A DNA stretch of 64,000 nucleotides from Promethearchaeota archaeon (lineage in GTDB: Archaea > Asgardarchaeota > Lokiarchaeia > Sigyniarchaeales > SOKP01). A program made the position numbers and the translations under genes. The notes beneath the pieces are model-generated. The model was given only the letters and a program-made list of their open reading frames with translations, was not told the DNA's origin and ran no database searches. Positions 40,212-51,362 of this stretch are shown here, piece after piece (within the stretch, counting starts at the first letter, position 1; each line of letters begins with the position of its first letter). The DNA is taken from NCBI GenBank assembly GCA_048940925.1, contig JBHLOC010000028.1, forward strand, positions 1 to 64,000. The letters run 5' to 3'.

Positions 40212-41324
40212 TCAGTGTTCCAAAGATTTTTCATATATATTTAATACTATTTGGGCACTTTTTTTCCAAGAATATAATTTAACTCGTTCCAATCCTTTCT
40301 TTATTAAATCATTCTTTAGAACATCATCTTCTAATAATCGTACAATCTTATTTGCTAATTCGATAGGATCTGAATTGTTTTCTAATAAAATTGCTGCATT
40401 TCCTACGATTTCTGGTATAGCAAAAGCCTTTGAAGTGATTACTGGACAACCACACGCCATAGCTTCCAAATTAGGCATACCAAATCCTTCAAAAAAAGAG
40501 GGAAACAGAAAAATCTCTGCTAAATTAAAAAGTTTAATGACATCTTTACGAGGAATAAAACCGGTAAAAATTATATTTTTAAGAATTTTATATTTTTTGG
40601 CAAAATCTAATACTTTTTTATTTTTCCATCCCTTGCCACCCAAAATTAAGGTTAAATCTTTTTTTTCTTTTCTTATAAGATGAAATGCCTTTAAAATTAT
40701 CCAAGGATTTTTTCTTTCTGAAAATTTACTCAAGTGGAAGATAAAAGGTTTAGTTATACCATATTTTTCCTTAATTTTTTCTGGTCTTTTTTGAAATATT
40801 TTGAAATCGCTATCCACTGCACTATGAGTAAAATAAATTCTCTCTTCTTTTAGATTGCATTGATGGGTTAGGAATTTTTTTACTGCTTTAGAACCTATAA
40901 AAAAGTAATCCATTCGTTTAAATAAAAGAGGTTTTATAAATTTAGCATGGAATCTTTTAATTTTACTGAATTGTGTGGGAAAATAAAGTTCAGCTGCACC
41001 TCCTCCATGAATAGTCGTAATTTTTTTTGGGTTTTTTAACCAGACAGGGGAAAATATAGTTAAGGGGTAATAATGAAGTATATCGAAATTCTCTTTTTTA
41101 AGCTTAAAATGAGCAAAAAGGGGATTTCTCGGAATAATCAATTCCTGAGCTTTTCTATAAATTTCATGGTCATTTTTAGTGTAATGTATAAGTGTAATAC
41201 TAAACTTATCATTAATTTCTAATACATGATTTAAAAGCTGTCTTAAATGACTACCACTTCCACTTGTTCCCTGATCTATAGGTTTAGTAAAGATACCAAC
41301 CTTTGTTTTGTATTTAAATGTCAA
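40212..41324 (-). CDS. GT4 glycosyltransferase
   Basis: FPSFFEGFGMPNLEAMACGCPV. Confidence 0.92.
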   Translation of the reverse strand: MTFKYKTKVGIFTKPIDQGTSGSGSHLRQLLNHVLEINDKFSITLIHYTKNDHEIYRKAQELIIPRNPLFAHFKLKKENFDILHYYPLTIFSPVWLKNPKKITTIHGGGAAELYFPTQFSKIKRFHAKFIKPLLFKRMDYFFIGSKAVKKFLTHQCNLKEERIYFTHSAVDSDFKIFQKRPEKIKEKYGITKPFIFHLSKFSERKNPWIILKAFHLIRKEKKDLTLILGGKGWKNKKVLDFAKKYKILKNIIFTGFIPRKDVIKLFNLAEIFLFPSFFEGFGMPNLEAMACGCPVITSKAFAIPEIVGNAAILLENNSDPIELANKIVRLLEDDVLKNDLIKKGLERVKLYSWKKSAQIVLNIYEKSLEH

Positions 41325-41642
41325 ACTTTTCTCAAGGCCTTTTAAAGCATTGTAAATTGTAAAAATCCTTTATATTTGAATTACATGATGTTCAATTCTT
41401 TAAGCTCTAATATTCAAGAATATTATAAATACAATACGAATTAAAACAACGTATCCTATCAAACTTTTCTTTAACAAATCAAAATTTTTAAAATTTTAAA
41501 ACATTACTTTATACTTAATGAGGTTTTCACGATCAATTTCTTTCGAGCTTATTAATTTCATAAACTTAATTTGAGATTCGTAATTTTCTTTTTTTAATTT
41601 AATTTCAGAATACATTTCATTCCTAAAATATAATAGAGGATT

Positions 41643-43271
41643 ATTACGAATCAGTCAAGTAGAGATAATAAAGAATATAGGAATTTAGCTACAAATACAT
41701 TCTTTTCCTTTATGTTTAATTACAGTTCTCTTTTTTTTACATTCGTATATTCATTTCTTTTAGCTCGATTATTTACTGATGCTTTGTGGGGGCTTCTAAT
41801 ATTAGTTACATCATACATCATGATAATAGTAACAATTACATCTTTATTTCCACCTGGACTTAATTTTGCGTTAAATTATTATATTCCAAGGTATCTCGCA
41901 TTAAATGAAAAAGCTAAGATTAAATCTCTAATTAGAAATTCAATTATATTAAAACTTTCTCTTTTAATTCCAATTTTCATTATCAGCATTCTCTTATTTA
42001 ATATATTTAGCTATTTTTTTATAGATACTTTTGTTTCTCTTTTTTTTATTTTATCCCCCCTCATTTTCATAAACAGTTTTAACTTAATTGTTTTAGCAAT
42101 AAATCGAAGCTTTAATAGATTTAATTATAATTTCTTGTTCTTAACATTGAAAAATGGTATTCATATTATACCTCTACTTGTATTTTTTATTTTTGATATT
42201 CACATTGAAATAGAGATTGCTGCTTGGATAGTATTAATTTCAAGTATAATCCCCTTTTTGTTAAACTCGCTTTTTGTGTTTATAATGGTCTATAAAATTA
42301 AACCAATCGGAAATAAACCCGATTCATTTAAAGAAGACATATCTAAAACATTTAAATATGGTAGTTATATAGGATTTACTGATCTCATCGAAAGACTTTC
42401 GAAGGAATCCCAAGTTCAAGGAATTGGGTTCATAATATCACCAAATGTTGTTACAGGTTATAATATCGCTACAAATTACCAAAAATTAGGTGAGTATTCA
42501 ATTGCCTCTTTTCAGTTTCCATTATTAACTTCTTTTACAAAACTGAACACGAAGGAAATTTATGAGCAAATAGATATAATTTATAGAGTTGCTTATAAAA
42601 TAACATTATTTCTATTATTAATAATATCAGGAATTTTATTTTTTAGCGTTGAATTTGTTTTAGATTTTGTGTTTCTTGAAACACGTTTAATTTATTCAAA
42701 TTATCTTCGTTTAATCGTACTAGCCTCTATTTTTCAAGTTTTAGCGATATTTGTACAAACGTATTTCAATGCTCAACATAAAGTAAAGTTATCATTAATT
42801 TTAAGAATATTCTATACTTCAATTAGTATTCCATTATTTTTTATAGGGCTTTACAATGATGGGGTTGAAGGAGCAATCTTCTGGGGATTAATTGTAGGCA
42901 ACATTCTCTCAATGGTTATTCAGATTTTTGCAATCTATAAATTTGGAAACATCAAATTAAATATTAAAGGTATAATACTCCAATATCTAACATTTTTTAT
43001 TCCATTAATTATCACAATTCTCTTAAAAGATTTTATATATAAAGAAGCAACTTTAAACTTAATGGAAAATTTGGGATTATCATTATTTAAAAAACTAGAT
43101 TTTCTATCTTTAGGAACATTCTTAATCCTCTTTATATTAATGAATTTAATTCTTAAAACTGTTACTTCTTCTGATATCAAATATTTTGAATCTTTCTTAA
43201 ATAAAGAGAAATTTCTTGATAAATATATGTTAAAAGGTCTAAACATTTTAAAGAGATTTACAAGAGGTTAG
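41643..43271 (+). CDS. Oligosaccharide flippase (Wzx/MATE-like); start probably upstream of the tracked ATG
   Basis: Multi-TM. Frame is open from ATT 41640/41643 and adds EYRNLATNTFFSF, typical of flippase N-termini; AGAGG upstream. Confidence 0.8.
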   Translation: MTNQSSRDNKEYRNLATNTFFSFMFNYSSLFFTFVYSFLLARLFTDALWGLLILVTSYIMIIVTITSLFPPGLNFALNYYIPRYLALNEKAKIKSLIRNSIILKLSLLIPIFIISILLFNIFSYFFIDTFVSLFFILSPLIFINSFNLIVLAINRSFNRFNYNFLFLTLKNGIHIIPLLVFFIFDIHIEIEIAAWIVLISSIIPFLLNSLFVFIMVYKIKPIGNKPDSFKEDISKTFKYGSYIGFTDLIERLSKESQVQGIGFIISPNVVTGYNIATNYQKLGEYSIASFQFPLLTSFTKLNTKEIYEQIDIIYRVAYKITLFLLLIISGILFFSVEFVLDFVFLETRLIYSNYLRLIVLASIFQVLAIFVQTYFNAQHKVKLSLILRIFYTSISIPLFFIGLYNDGVEGAIFWGLIVGNILSMVIQIFAIYKFGNIKLNIKGIILQYLTFFIPLIITILLKDFIYKEATLNLMENLGLSLFKKLDFLSLGTFLILFILMNLILKTVTSSDIKYFESFLNKEKFLDKYMLKGLNILKRFTRG

Positions 43272-43332
43272 TTATATCAAAAAAAGTAATTTCAAAAAAA
43301 GAACAAAATGATTATGATAACACATCATATTC

Positions 43333-44298
43333 CTATTTATTCACACTTTTCCTTAGCCAATTGTATGTTTTTTGTAATCCTTCATCTATACTAATTTGGG
43401 GATTAAAATTTAATATTGTTTTGGCCTTATTTATGTCTGAATGTGTAATATCTACATCTCCTTTTTGCTTTTCAGCATAAATAATATTTTTAGGTTTTTT
43501 TGCAATTTTGTATATTTTTTCCACTAGTTGATTTACACTAATAGGACTCGAATGCCCTAAATTAAATATTTCTCCAGATGATTTCCTACTTTCACATGAT
43601 AAAATTAGACCATTCACTATATCTGAAACATATGTAAAATCTCTGAGTTGTTTTCCATCTCCATAAACTATTATCTTTTGATTTTGAAATACTAGATTAA
43701 AAAACTTACTTATTGCCATATCTGGTCTCCCTCTTGGCCCATAAACAGTATAAAATCTAAGAGTAATAGTAGGGAGATTATATTCTCGAAAAAAATAGTC
43801 AACGTACATCTCACAACATAATTTTGAGACAGCATATGGAGATATAGGATTTTTAGGATGTTCTTCATCAACTGGAGTATAAATTGGATTGCCATACACA
43901 GAAGAAGATGATGCATAAATAAACTTTTTAACATTATTGTTGACAGCATATTCTAAAATATTGAGAGTACTAATGATATTATTATTAGTAGTCTTTCCTG
44001 CATGTTGAATAGAATATCTTACACCTGGTTGAGCAGCAAGATGAAATATAATATCAATATCGCAATTTATGCTCTTAAATATTGATTTATTTAATAAATC
44101 TCCTCTAATTAGATGATAATCTTTTAAATTTTCATAATTTTTAGTTATTTCTTCTACATTTTTTTCCTTTCCAGAATAATACTCATTAAAATTATCTATT
44201 ATTATGATATAATTATTTTCTATTATTAAATTCTCAAAAAGGTGGGATCCTATAAAACCCGCACCTCCAGAAATCAAAATGTTTTTATTTTTGATCAT
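43333..44298 (-). CDS. NAD-dependent epimerase (UDP-glucuronate 4-epimerase-like)
   Basis: SGGAGFIGS, HLAAQPGVRYS, YAVSK, LRFYTVYGPRGRPDMA. Confidence 0.9.
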   Translation of the reverse strand: MIKNKNILISGGAGFIGSHLFENLIIENNYIIIIDNFNEYYSGKEKNVEEITKNYENLKDYHLIRGDLLNKSIFKSINCDIDIIFHLAAQPGVRYSIQHAGKTTNNNIISTLNILEYAVNNNVKKFIYASSSSVYGNPIYTPVDEEHPKNPISPYAVSKLCCEMYVDYFFREYNLPTITLRFYTVYGPRGRPDMAISKFFNLVFQNQKIIVYGDGKQLRDFTYVSDIVNGLILSCESRKSSGEIFNLGHSSPISVNQLVEKIYKIAKKPKNIIYAEKQKGDVDITHSDINKAKTILNFNPQISIDEGLQKTYNWLRKSVNK

Positions 44299-44524
44299 GT
44301 TGATTTCAATTTCTTTTTTTAAATTTAGTATAGTTATTCTAAGAAAGAATAAATTAATTATATTACTAAAAAATTCTTAAATTTGTCTATTGGAAAGAAT
44401 ATTTTTTGTAAATATCTTTTAAACTTTATAATAATAATTTATTTTATATAAATCAAGAAATATCATAACTTTTTGTGCTAAATCTTTTAAAGGATAAAAG
44501 AACATGTTAAATAGTCTATCAAAA

Positions 44525-45679
44525 TTATTGATATAACCATTCAAAATTCTTAATGTTTCTTTCCCATAGGAACTTAGCTTGTATTTTATCCAAGCTATTT
44601 TTTATAAATTTATTTCTTAAATCTTCATCTCGTAACAGTTTTTTAATTGATCGTGCATAGCATATATAATTTTCTGTTTCACATAAAAGACCATTTTTAA
44701 AATGATTTATTAGATCTCTTGTACCTGCGATATTACTAGCAACTATTGGAACTTGGAAAACCATTGCCTCCATTAAGACCCCAGCTAAACCTTCTCCTCT
44801 ACTTGGAAGAAAAAATATATCTGCCTGCCCATAAAAATTATGAACATCAAGTCTATTCTCTATAAATAAAATTTTTTCTTCTAATCCCAATGTTAAAGCT
44901 TTGTCCATTGATTTTTTCCGCTCAGGGCCATCTCCTATCAATAAAAACTTGATATTCTCATTTTTTAATAAAAAAGCAGTTTTTAGAATTAAATCAATCC
45001 CTTTCCTTTTATTATGGAGTCCAATAAATAAGATTATTTTTTCATTTTCAAGAATGTTAAAAATCTTCTTTATATTTTTATCAGGCGTTTTTGGTATTAA
45101 ATCGATTCCAGTAGGAGTAATTTTGATTTTTCTTTTAGGAACACCTGCTTTATCAGCATATTTAATTAAGGATCTTCCATAAATTGTTATATAATTAGAA
45201 GCAGTAAAAACAAGTTTACCTAATGTTTTAAAGAATATCTTAAAGATGACATCTAATTTCGATGACACTTTAAAGGAATAAGACGGTATCGTATCCATTG
45301 TGAGAATTAGTTTTTTTTTATTAAAGAATAGGAGTTTTATTAAACATACCATAAATGTATTTGGATAGAATGGTACCCACGCATGAACTATGTCATTTTC
45401 TTTTAATATTTTCCAACATTTTTTAAAGAATTCTAAATTAATAGGAATAGGCCAAGAATACCCTGAAGATTTTGTCCAAACGGGGTAGGTTATCAGATGG
45501 ATTCCCTTAAAATCGTCGTAATGTCTTGAAAATATTTTTTTTAATTCACTTTTTTTTCTTGGAGTAAAAATTGATATATGATATTCTTTTTTTTTTAAGT
45601 TATTCATAATGTAAGCAATTGGTCTCTTTGTATTAATACCTGGATTAATATAACAAATTCTTTTATACTTTCTACTCAT
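44525..45679 (-). CDS. GT4 glycosyltransferase
   Basis: LPSRGEGLAGVLMEAM; RKGIDL. Confidence 0.9.
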   Translation of the reverse strand: MSRKYKRICYINPGINTKRPIAYIMNNLKKKEYHISIFTPRKKSELKKIFSRHYDDFKGIHLITYPVWTKSSGYSWPIPINLEFFKKCWKILKENDIVHAWVPFYPNTFMVCLIKLLFFNKKKLILTMDTIPSYSFKVSSKLDVIFKIFFKTLGKLVFTASNYITIYGRSLIKYADKAGVPKRKIKITPTGIDLIPKTPDKNIKKIFNILENEKIILFIGLHNKRKGIDLILKTAFLLKNENIKFLLIGDGPERKKSMDKALTLGLEEKILFIENRLDVHNFYGQADIFFLPSRGEGLAGVLMEAMVFQVPIVASNIAGTRDLINHFKNGLLCETENYICYARSIKKLLRDEDLRNKFIKNSLDKIQAKFLWERNIKNFEWLYQ

Positions 45680-45982
45680 AAATAAGGAAAAGAAGTATGA
45701 AATTTTTAAATTATTTTTTTTAAAAGAGTTTTCATTAGATCAATCTTAAAATAGCTAATACTATAAGTTTTTTGAAAAGATTAATAATAAAATATTTCTA
45801 ATCCTTGAGTTAACAAAAAATTAGAAAAGATATGTTATGAATGAAATAGTCATAAATATATAATTAATAAAATAATTAGTTTTTATATAAACAAATATTT
45901 TAACACATATCGATATTTTGTCATAAATTAGATTTCGAATTGATAATAGGAACTGTTTTTAATAAATCTAGGAGTCTTTATT

Positions 45983-46819
45983 TTGAAAACATTAATATCT
46001 TCTGAAGATTCGAGGTATACTACTAAAAAAAATACAAATGAATCTCTAGATTCATATTACCTTTTTCCAGGTTTAAAAATAGGTGTGATAATACCCGCTT
46101 ATAATGAAGAATTGAATATAGGAAAAACACTTGAAGAGATTCCCGACAATATATCAGAAAAATTTGATGTTATAGTAGTGGATGATGGATCCACTGATAA
46201 AACTAGCGAAATTGCTAATCGTTATAATATAACTTTAATTAAACACTCCCAAAATAAAGGATATGGAGCTGCAGTTACAAGTGGATTAAATTTTTGCAAA
46301 CAAGACAAATTTGATGTTGTAGTTATACTTGATGCTGATGGGCAACATGCTCCAAAGTATATTAAAGATTTTATAAAACCTATTGTCGAAGAGAATGTAG
46401 AGTTTGTCATTGGAAATCGTTTTAACTATCACTATGATATGCACAGCCTTAAGAAACTATCAACTAGAATTATGACTGCCTTTTATCTGGTATTTTTTCG
46501 AAGAAAAATAAAGGATCCTACTAATGGATATAGATCATTATCTTCAAAAATAATAAAAAATTTAGAACTTGAATCTGTATATTCGATCTCACAAGAGATG
46601 CTTTTCAAAATTATTCCCTTCTACAAATTAAAACAAATTCCTATTATTGTTAGACAGAGGAACCACGGGGAATCCTTTATAAAAATGAGAAATTATTTAC
46701 TCAAAATAATCTTACTCTTCTTAAAATTTTATATTTTTCCAAAAATCAAAAAAATAACTCATAAATTTTTAAGTAGTGATTTCAGGCAGAGAGTTAAAAA
46801 ATATTATCTAAGAACTTAA
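45983..46819 (+). CDS. GT2 glycosyltransferase (Dol-P-sugar synthase-like)
   Basis: IIPAYNEE, VDDGSTD, NKGYGAA, LDADGQH, DPTNGYR. Confidence 0.92.
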   Translation: MKTLISSEDSRYTTKKNTNESLDSYYLFPGLKIGVIIPAYNEELNIGKTLEEIPDNISEKFDVIVVDDGSTDKTSEIANRYNITLIKHSQNKGYGAAVTSGLNFCKQDKFDVVVILDADGQHAPKYIKDFIKPIVEENVEFVIGNRFNYHYDMHSLKKLSTRIMTAFYLVFFRRKIKDPTNGYRSLSSKIIKNLELESVYSISQEMLFKIIPFYKLKQIPIIVRQRNHGESFIKMRNYLLKIILLFLKFYIFPKIKKITHKFLSSDFRQRVKKYYLRT

Positions 46820-46865
46820 AATTATTTAAATAACCCAATATAACGGGTTTTCTTGTCTATATTCA

Positions 46866-48062
46866 TTAACATTTTTGATAGTGTAACAAATCTCTATTAA
46901 ATTTATCCATAATATTTTTCCATAGAAATTCTTTTTGGATTTTTTTATAACCCATTGTTCCTAATTTCAATTGTAGATCCTTATCTTCAAGTAACATTAA
47001 GAATTTATCTACAACATCATTTTTAGAAAAATCTCGTTTTATAATAATCCCAACCTCATTATTTTTAGTGACATCATGAGAGATTGGTGTGCTGATAAAT
47101 GGCTTTTTGCAAGCCATGTATTCTAAACACTTAAGAGGGATACAATATCTCCAAATTTTCTTGTGAGTAATCCTTCCGATTCCTATGTCACTATTATTTA
47201 TATAAAAGGGGATTTTATGGTGATGTTTTTGACCTAAAAAATGGACCTGGCTATCTAGATTATTCTTTTTAATAAAATCTATAAGATAATTCTTATATAT
47301 TCCCTCTCCTAGAAAAATAAAGTGAGTATCTCTATGTGCTCTTAGAATTTCAGGTAAAATTGGTATAAAATCTTGTATACCAACATCAGGAGTTAAGATA
47401 CCATTAAATATTACTATATTTTCACATCCATAATCATCCTTGAGGGAATCTTGATTCTTTATAGGGAAGAATAGATCATCATCAATTCCATTATGATGAA
47501 CCTTAAAATTTACTTTTCGGAGTTTATCACATTTTTCAAGGTATCTTATCATTTCAGATGTAGTTGCATAAAATGTTTCACATTTTGTTATAGATTTAAA
47601 TATAGAGGGAAAAATAATTGATTGAAAGAGTCTAAATGAGATAGAAAGGGCTTTTAAATCGATGAAAACATCATGCGATCTTACTACATGAGGAATTTTT
47701 AAGATTTTTGAAAGATGAGCTCCTGCTACGCTTGCAAAATGATATGGGTGATATTGAGATATAATAATATCAGGTGTAAAATTAAACCTATATTTTGCCA
47801 AATATTTTATTATATTCTCGTAATGGGAAATCAATAAATTGAGAGGAAACTTTATTATAGAACTTGAGAATTCAACCTCCAAATTCGATATGTTAAGTAA
47901 ATTCTTTGATTTCAAAGGTATAATATTTCTACCTATAGTTCCTGGTGCTAAAACTAAAATTTTATGCCCAAAATTATGTAAACGTTTAACAATTTCTAAT
48001 GTGTTAATAGCTGCAGCTCCGGCTATAGGTGGAAAGTAATTGACTAAATATAAGATATTCAT
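46866..48062 (-). CDS. GT4 glycosyltransferase
   Basis: YFPPIAGAA, HNGID, PLKCLEYMACKKP. Confidence 0.9.
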   Translation of the reverse strand: MNILYLVNYFPPIAGAAAINTLEIVKRLHNFGHKILVLAPGTIGRNIIPLKSKNLLNISNLEVEFSSSIIKFPLNLLISHYENIIKYLAKYRFNFTPDIIISQYHPYHFASVAGAHLSKILKIPHVVRSHDVFIDLKALSISFRLFQSIIFPSIFKSITKCETFYATTSEMIRYLEKCDKLRKVNFKVHHNGIDDDLFFPIKNQDSLKDDYGCENIVIFNGILTPDVGIQDFIPILPEILRAHRDTHFIFLGEGIYKNYLIDFIKKNNLDSQVHFLGQKHHHKIPFYINNSDIGIGRITHKKIWRYCIPLKCLEYMACKKPFISTPISHDVTKNNEVGIIIKRDFSKNDVVDKFLMLLEDKDLQLKLGTMGYKKIQKEFLWKNIMDKFNRDLLHYQKC

Positions 48063-48286
48063 ATAAGAATTAACTTAATTTTATTAAATTCTATTATTTA
48101 CTTACCATTAAATTATCCATAAATTATTAACTTGATTAATAAGAGCAAAAATTACCTAAGATTTTAGAGATATGTATATTTTAATTAATATATAATAACT
48201 TAATTCTCAACTTCTAAAAGAAACAAATTATTTCATAAACATATTAAAATTAATATAAAGAATACCTATAAAAAATAGATTAGAAA

Positions 48287-50065
48287 ATGTGTGGTATATG
48301 CGGATTTAACTGGGCTAACAAAAGATTACTCAAAAAAATGATTGATATTCTTGAACATAGGGGTCCAGATGATTCTGGATATTTTATTGATGACAAAATA
48401 TCAATAGGTCATACCAGACTTTCAATAATAGATTTATCTGAAAAGGGTAAACAACCAATACATAATGAAAATAATTCTATTTGGATCATATTTAATGGAG
48501 AAATATATAATTATAAGGATATTAGATTAGATCTGGAAAAACAAGGACATGATTTTTACACAAATACCGATACAGAAGTAATCGTGCATGCGTATGAAGA
48601 ATACAGTTATAATTGTTTAGATCTATTTAATGGACAATTTGCTTTTTGTATATATGATCAAAATAAAAATGAGATGTTTCTTGCCAGAGATAGGTTTGGT
48701 ATTAAGCCTCTCTATTACTTTTTTCAAAATGGAAGATTTGGTTTCGCATCAGAATTAAAAGCGCTACTCCAACATGATATAAAAAAAGAGATCGATAAAG
48801 AAGCTCTAAACCAACTCTTTACTTTTAGATATACTATTGCACCAAAAACTATTTTGGAAAATATATACAAGTTAAAAGCTTCACACTTTATTAGGTTCGA
48901 CCTAAATACTAATCATTATTCGATTACAAAATATTACATGCTAAAAATTAATAATAGCCTACCCTTTAAAATCGAAGATCTATCCTCAGAATTATTCAAA
49001 TTAATAAATGAATCTGTTAGACTAAGAATGATTGCCGATGTTCCTGTATGTTGCTTCTTATCAGGAGGAATAGACTCAAGCATACTAACAGGATTAGCAT
49101 CTTATTATAATTCAAATATTAATACATTTTCTGTAGGTTTTGAAACTTCAAGTGAGTTGAAATATGCTAAACTCGTATCAGATTATTTTAATACTACACA
49201 CCATGAATTATTAATTACAACTGAAGATTTTTTTAGAAATTTTAACAATATGATATATTATATGGATGAACCAATAGGAGATGCTGCCTTTTTTCCGACA
49301 TTACTAATCTCCGAATTAGTGAGTAAAAAATTTAAAGTAGTATTAGCAGGGGAAGGGGGAGATGAGATATTTGGAGGTTATGATAAGTATAAGCTGTTTT
49401 ATTATGGAAAAAAATTATCACCTTTTTTACCAAAAATGAATTATGGCTCTGATATTTTACAAAGAATATCAAAATATTCTAATTCTACTGATAAAGAGGG
49501 TTATCTCGAAACTATTCGAGTATTTGATCTCGATGAATTGAAAAAAATGAGTTTAAAAACAGGAGTTTTTAATAACTACTGGAGCGACAATGGTAATTTA
49601 TTTCAAAAAATGCAATTTTTTGACATAAATACCGTTCTATCAGAGGATTTTTTCATGAAAGCTGATAAAATGAGCTCTGCTTATGGTCTTGAGGAAAGAG
49701 TCCCCTATATGGATCATAGAATCGTCTCATTTGGATTAAGTTTGCCTACATATCTTAAACTCTTTCTATGGAAAGAAAAATATATCTTAAAGAAAACATT
49801 CCTTCATTTTTTACCAAAATTAATAACTAAGCGTAAAAAAAGAGGTTATAACGCTCCTATGGACGCTTGGTTTAAAGGAGTACTTAAAAATAAATTTATT
49901 GAACTAATTAATGAAAAAAACCATACTCTTTATAAAAAGAATTTTGCTCTTTCCCTCTTTGATAAAGTGCTTAAATCTGATAATAACTACACAAAAAACT
50001 TCTTGATGCTACAAAAATGTTGGACTATCTTAATTTTTGAAGAATGGTATAAGCAAACCTTCTAA
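48287..50065 (+). CDS. asnB: Asparagine synthase (glutamine-hydrolysing) family amidotransferase, probably glycan-amidating
   Basis: MCGICG, HRGPD, ARDRFGIKPLYY, LSGGIDSS, GEGGDEIFGGY. Confidence 0.93.
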   Translation: MCGICGFNWANKRLLKKMIDILEHRGPDDSGYFIDDKISIGHTRLSIIDLSEKGKQPIHNENNSIWIIFNGEIYNYKDIRLDLEKQGHDFYTNTDTEVIVHAYEEYSYNCLDLFNGQFAFCIYDQNKNEMFLARDRFGIKPLYYFFQNGRFGFASELKALLQHDIKKEIDKEALNQLFTFRYTIAPKTILENIYKLKASHFIRFDLNTNHYSITKYYMLKINNSLPFKIEDLSSELFKLINESVRLRMIADVPVCCFLSGGIDSSILTGLASYYNSNINTFSVGFETSSELKYAKLVSDYFNTTHHELLITTEDFFRNFNNMIYYMDEPIGDAAFFPTLLISELVSKKFKVVLAGEGGDEIFGGYDKYKLFYYGKKLSPFLPKMNYGSDILQRISKYSNSTDKEGYLETIRVFDLDELKKMSLKTGVFNNYWSDNGNLFQKMQFFDINTVLSEDFFMKADKMSSAYGLEERVPYMDHRIVSFGLSLPTYLKLFLWKEKYILKKTFLHFLPKLITKRKKRGYNAPMDAWFKGVLKNKFIELINEKNHTLYKKNFALSLFDKVLKSDNNYTKNFLMLQKCWTILIFEEWYKQTF

Positions 50066-50165
50066 AAGCAATTCTCTGATAAGAACACCGACTTTCTGGG
50101 TTCTAATATAGATTAATATTTTATAAAAAATTATTACTTTAAACTACCTAACATTAATACTCACA

Positions 50166-51317
50166 ATGAAAATCTTACGAGTAATTTCATTTCCTCCTGA
50201 ATATATTGGAGGATTACCCTTGTATGGTAAAAATATATCGCTAAATTTAGCTCAAAAAAAAAATGTAGAATGTGACATTTTAACTTCAGATATATTAAAT
50301 ACCAAGAAAAAAATTGAATATTTAGATCCAAAAGTGAGGATTATATATAAAAAATGTTTCTCGTTTATTGGTCAAAAGAATCCCTTAGTAAATTTTATCC
50401 CTTTTATCAAAAGAAATCATAATAATTATGATATTATTCACGCTCATGGTTATTATTATTTTTCTACTCTGCAATGTGCATTTTTAAAGCGATTATTAAA
50501 ATATCCTTTTATCTTGCATATTCATGGTGGAATTCAAACACCTTATTCTCCAGTTTCTGATTTTTATGAAAATATTCAATTAATTTTTAAAGAAAATATA
50601 TTTGACCGATTGATCGGGAGAGTAGCTATTCGATCAGCTGACATTTTAATCTCGGTTGCTAAAAAAGATTTGGAAATTATTCGAAAAGTGTATAATGTAA
50701 GTGAAAAATTAAGTTTTCATATCCCTAATGGAGTTAATATAAATAAGTTCAAAAAAAATAACAAGATCGAAAGAAGGTATATAACACTCATAGCCACAAG
50801 ACTTACTTATATCAAAGGCGTTGATATTTTTATTAAAATAATTAAAGAACTTTATAACAAAAACAGAAGTTTGAAATTTTTAATTTTAGGCGACGGACCG
50901 TTAAAAGATCTTGTTTTACAAGCTAAAAAAAGCCTTCCGATTAAATTTTATCCTACATATCCATACGATAAAATTCAGGATATTTATAATATGAGTAAGT
51001 TATTACTTATTACTTCTCGAACTGAGGGTGTACCAAATACGATTTATGAAAGTTTTGCCTGTGAAACTCCAGTTATTTCCTCAAATGTGGGAGGAGTCTC
51101 TAGTGTGATTAAACCAAATGTAAATGGATATTTATATAATATAAAAAAGTTAAATAATATCGCTAATTTAATCTTAGATCTTATAAATGATGAAAAAAAA
51201 ATTCAAAGATTAGGTGAAAATGGAAGAAAATTAATAGAAAAAGAATATTCTTGGGAAATAATCACAGAAAAACTTTATAAAATATACCAAAAAATAAAAT
51301 TTAATAAAATTATTTGA
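50166..51317 (+). CDS. GT4 glycosyltransferase
   Basis: IPNGVN, TSRTEGVPNTIYESFACETPV. Confidence 0.9.
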   Translation: MKILRVISFPPEYIGGLPLYGKNISLNLAQKKNVECDILTSDILNTKKKIEYLDPKVRIIYKKCFSFIGQKNPLVNFIPFIKRNHNNYDIIHAHGYYYFSTLQCAFLKRLLKYPFILHIHGGIQTPYSPVSDFYENIQLIFKENIFDRLIGRVAIRSADILISVAKKDLEIIRKVYNVSEKLSFHIPNGVNINKFKKNNKIERRYITLIATRLTYIKGVDIFIKIIKELYNKNRSLKFLILGDGPLKDLVLQAKKSLPIKFYPTYPYDKIQDIYNMSKLLLITSRTEGVPNTIYESFACETPVISSNVGGVSSVIKPNVNGYLYNIKKLNNIANLILDLINDEKKIQRLGENGRKLIEKEYSWEIITEKLYKIYQKIKFNKII

Positions 51318-51362
51318 TTAATTATTTAAGCAAATAATTGATTGTTTAGTTAGAAAAATCCT

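Noticed and set aside
46832-46849. Small hairpin aaccc...gggtt between convergent genes
   Set aside because: Stem too short to call a terminator confidently
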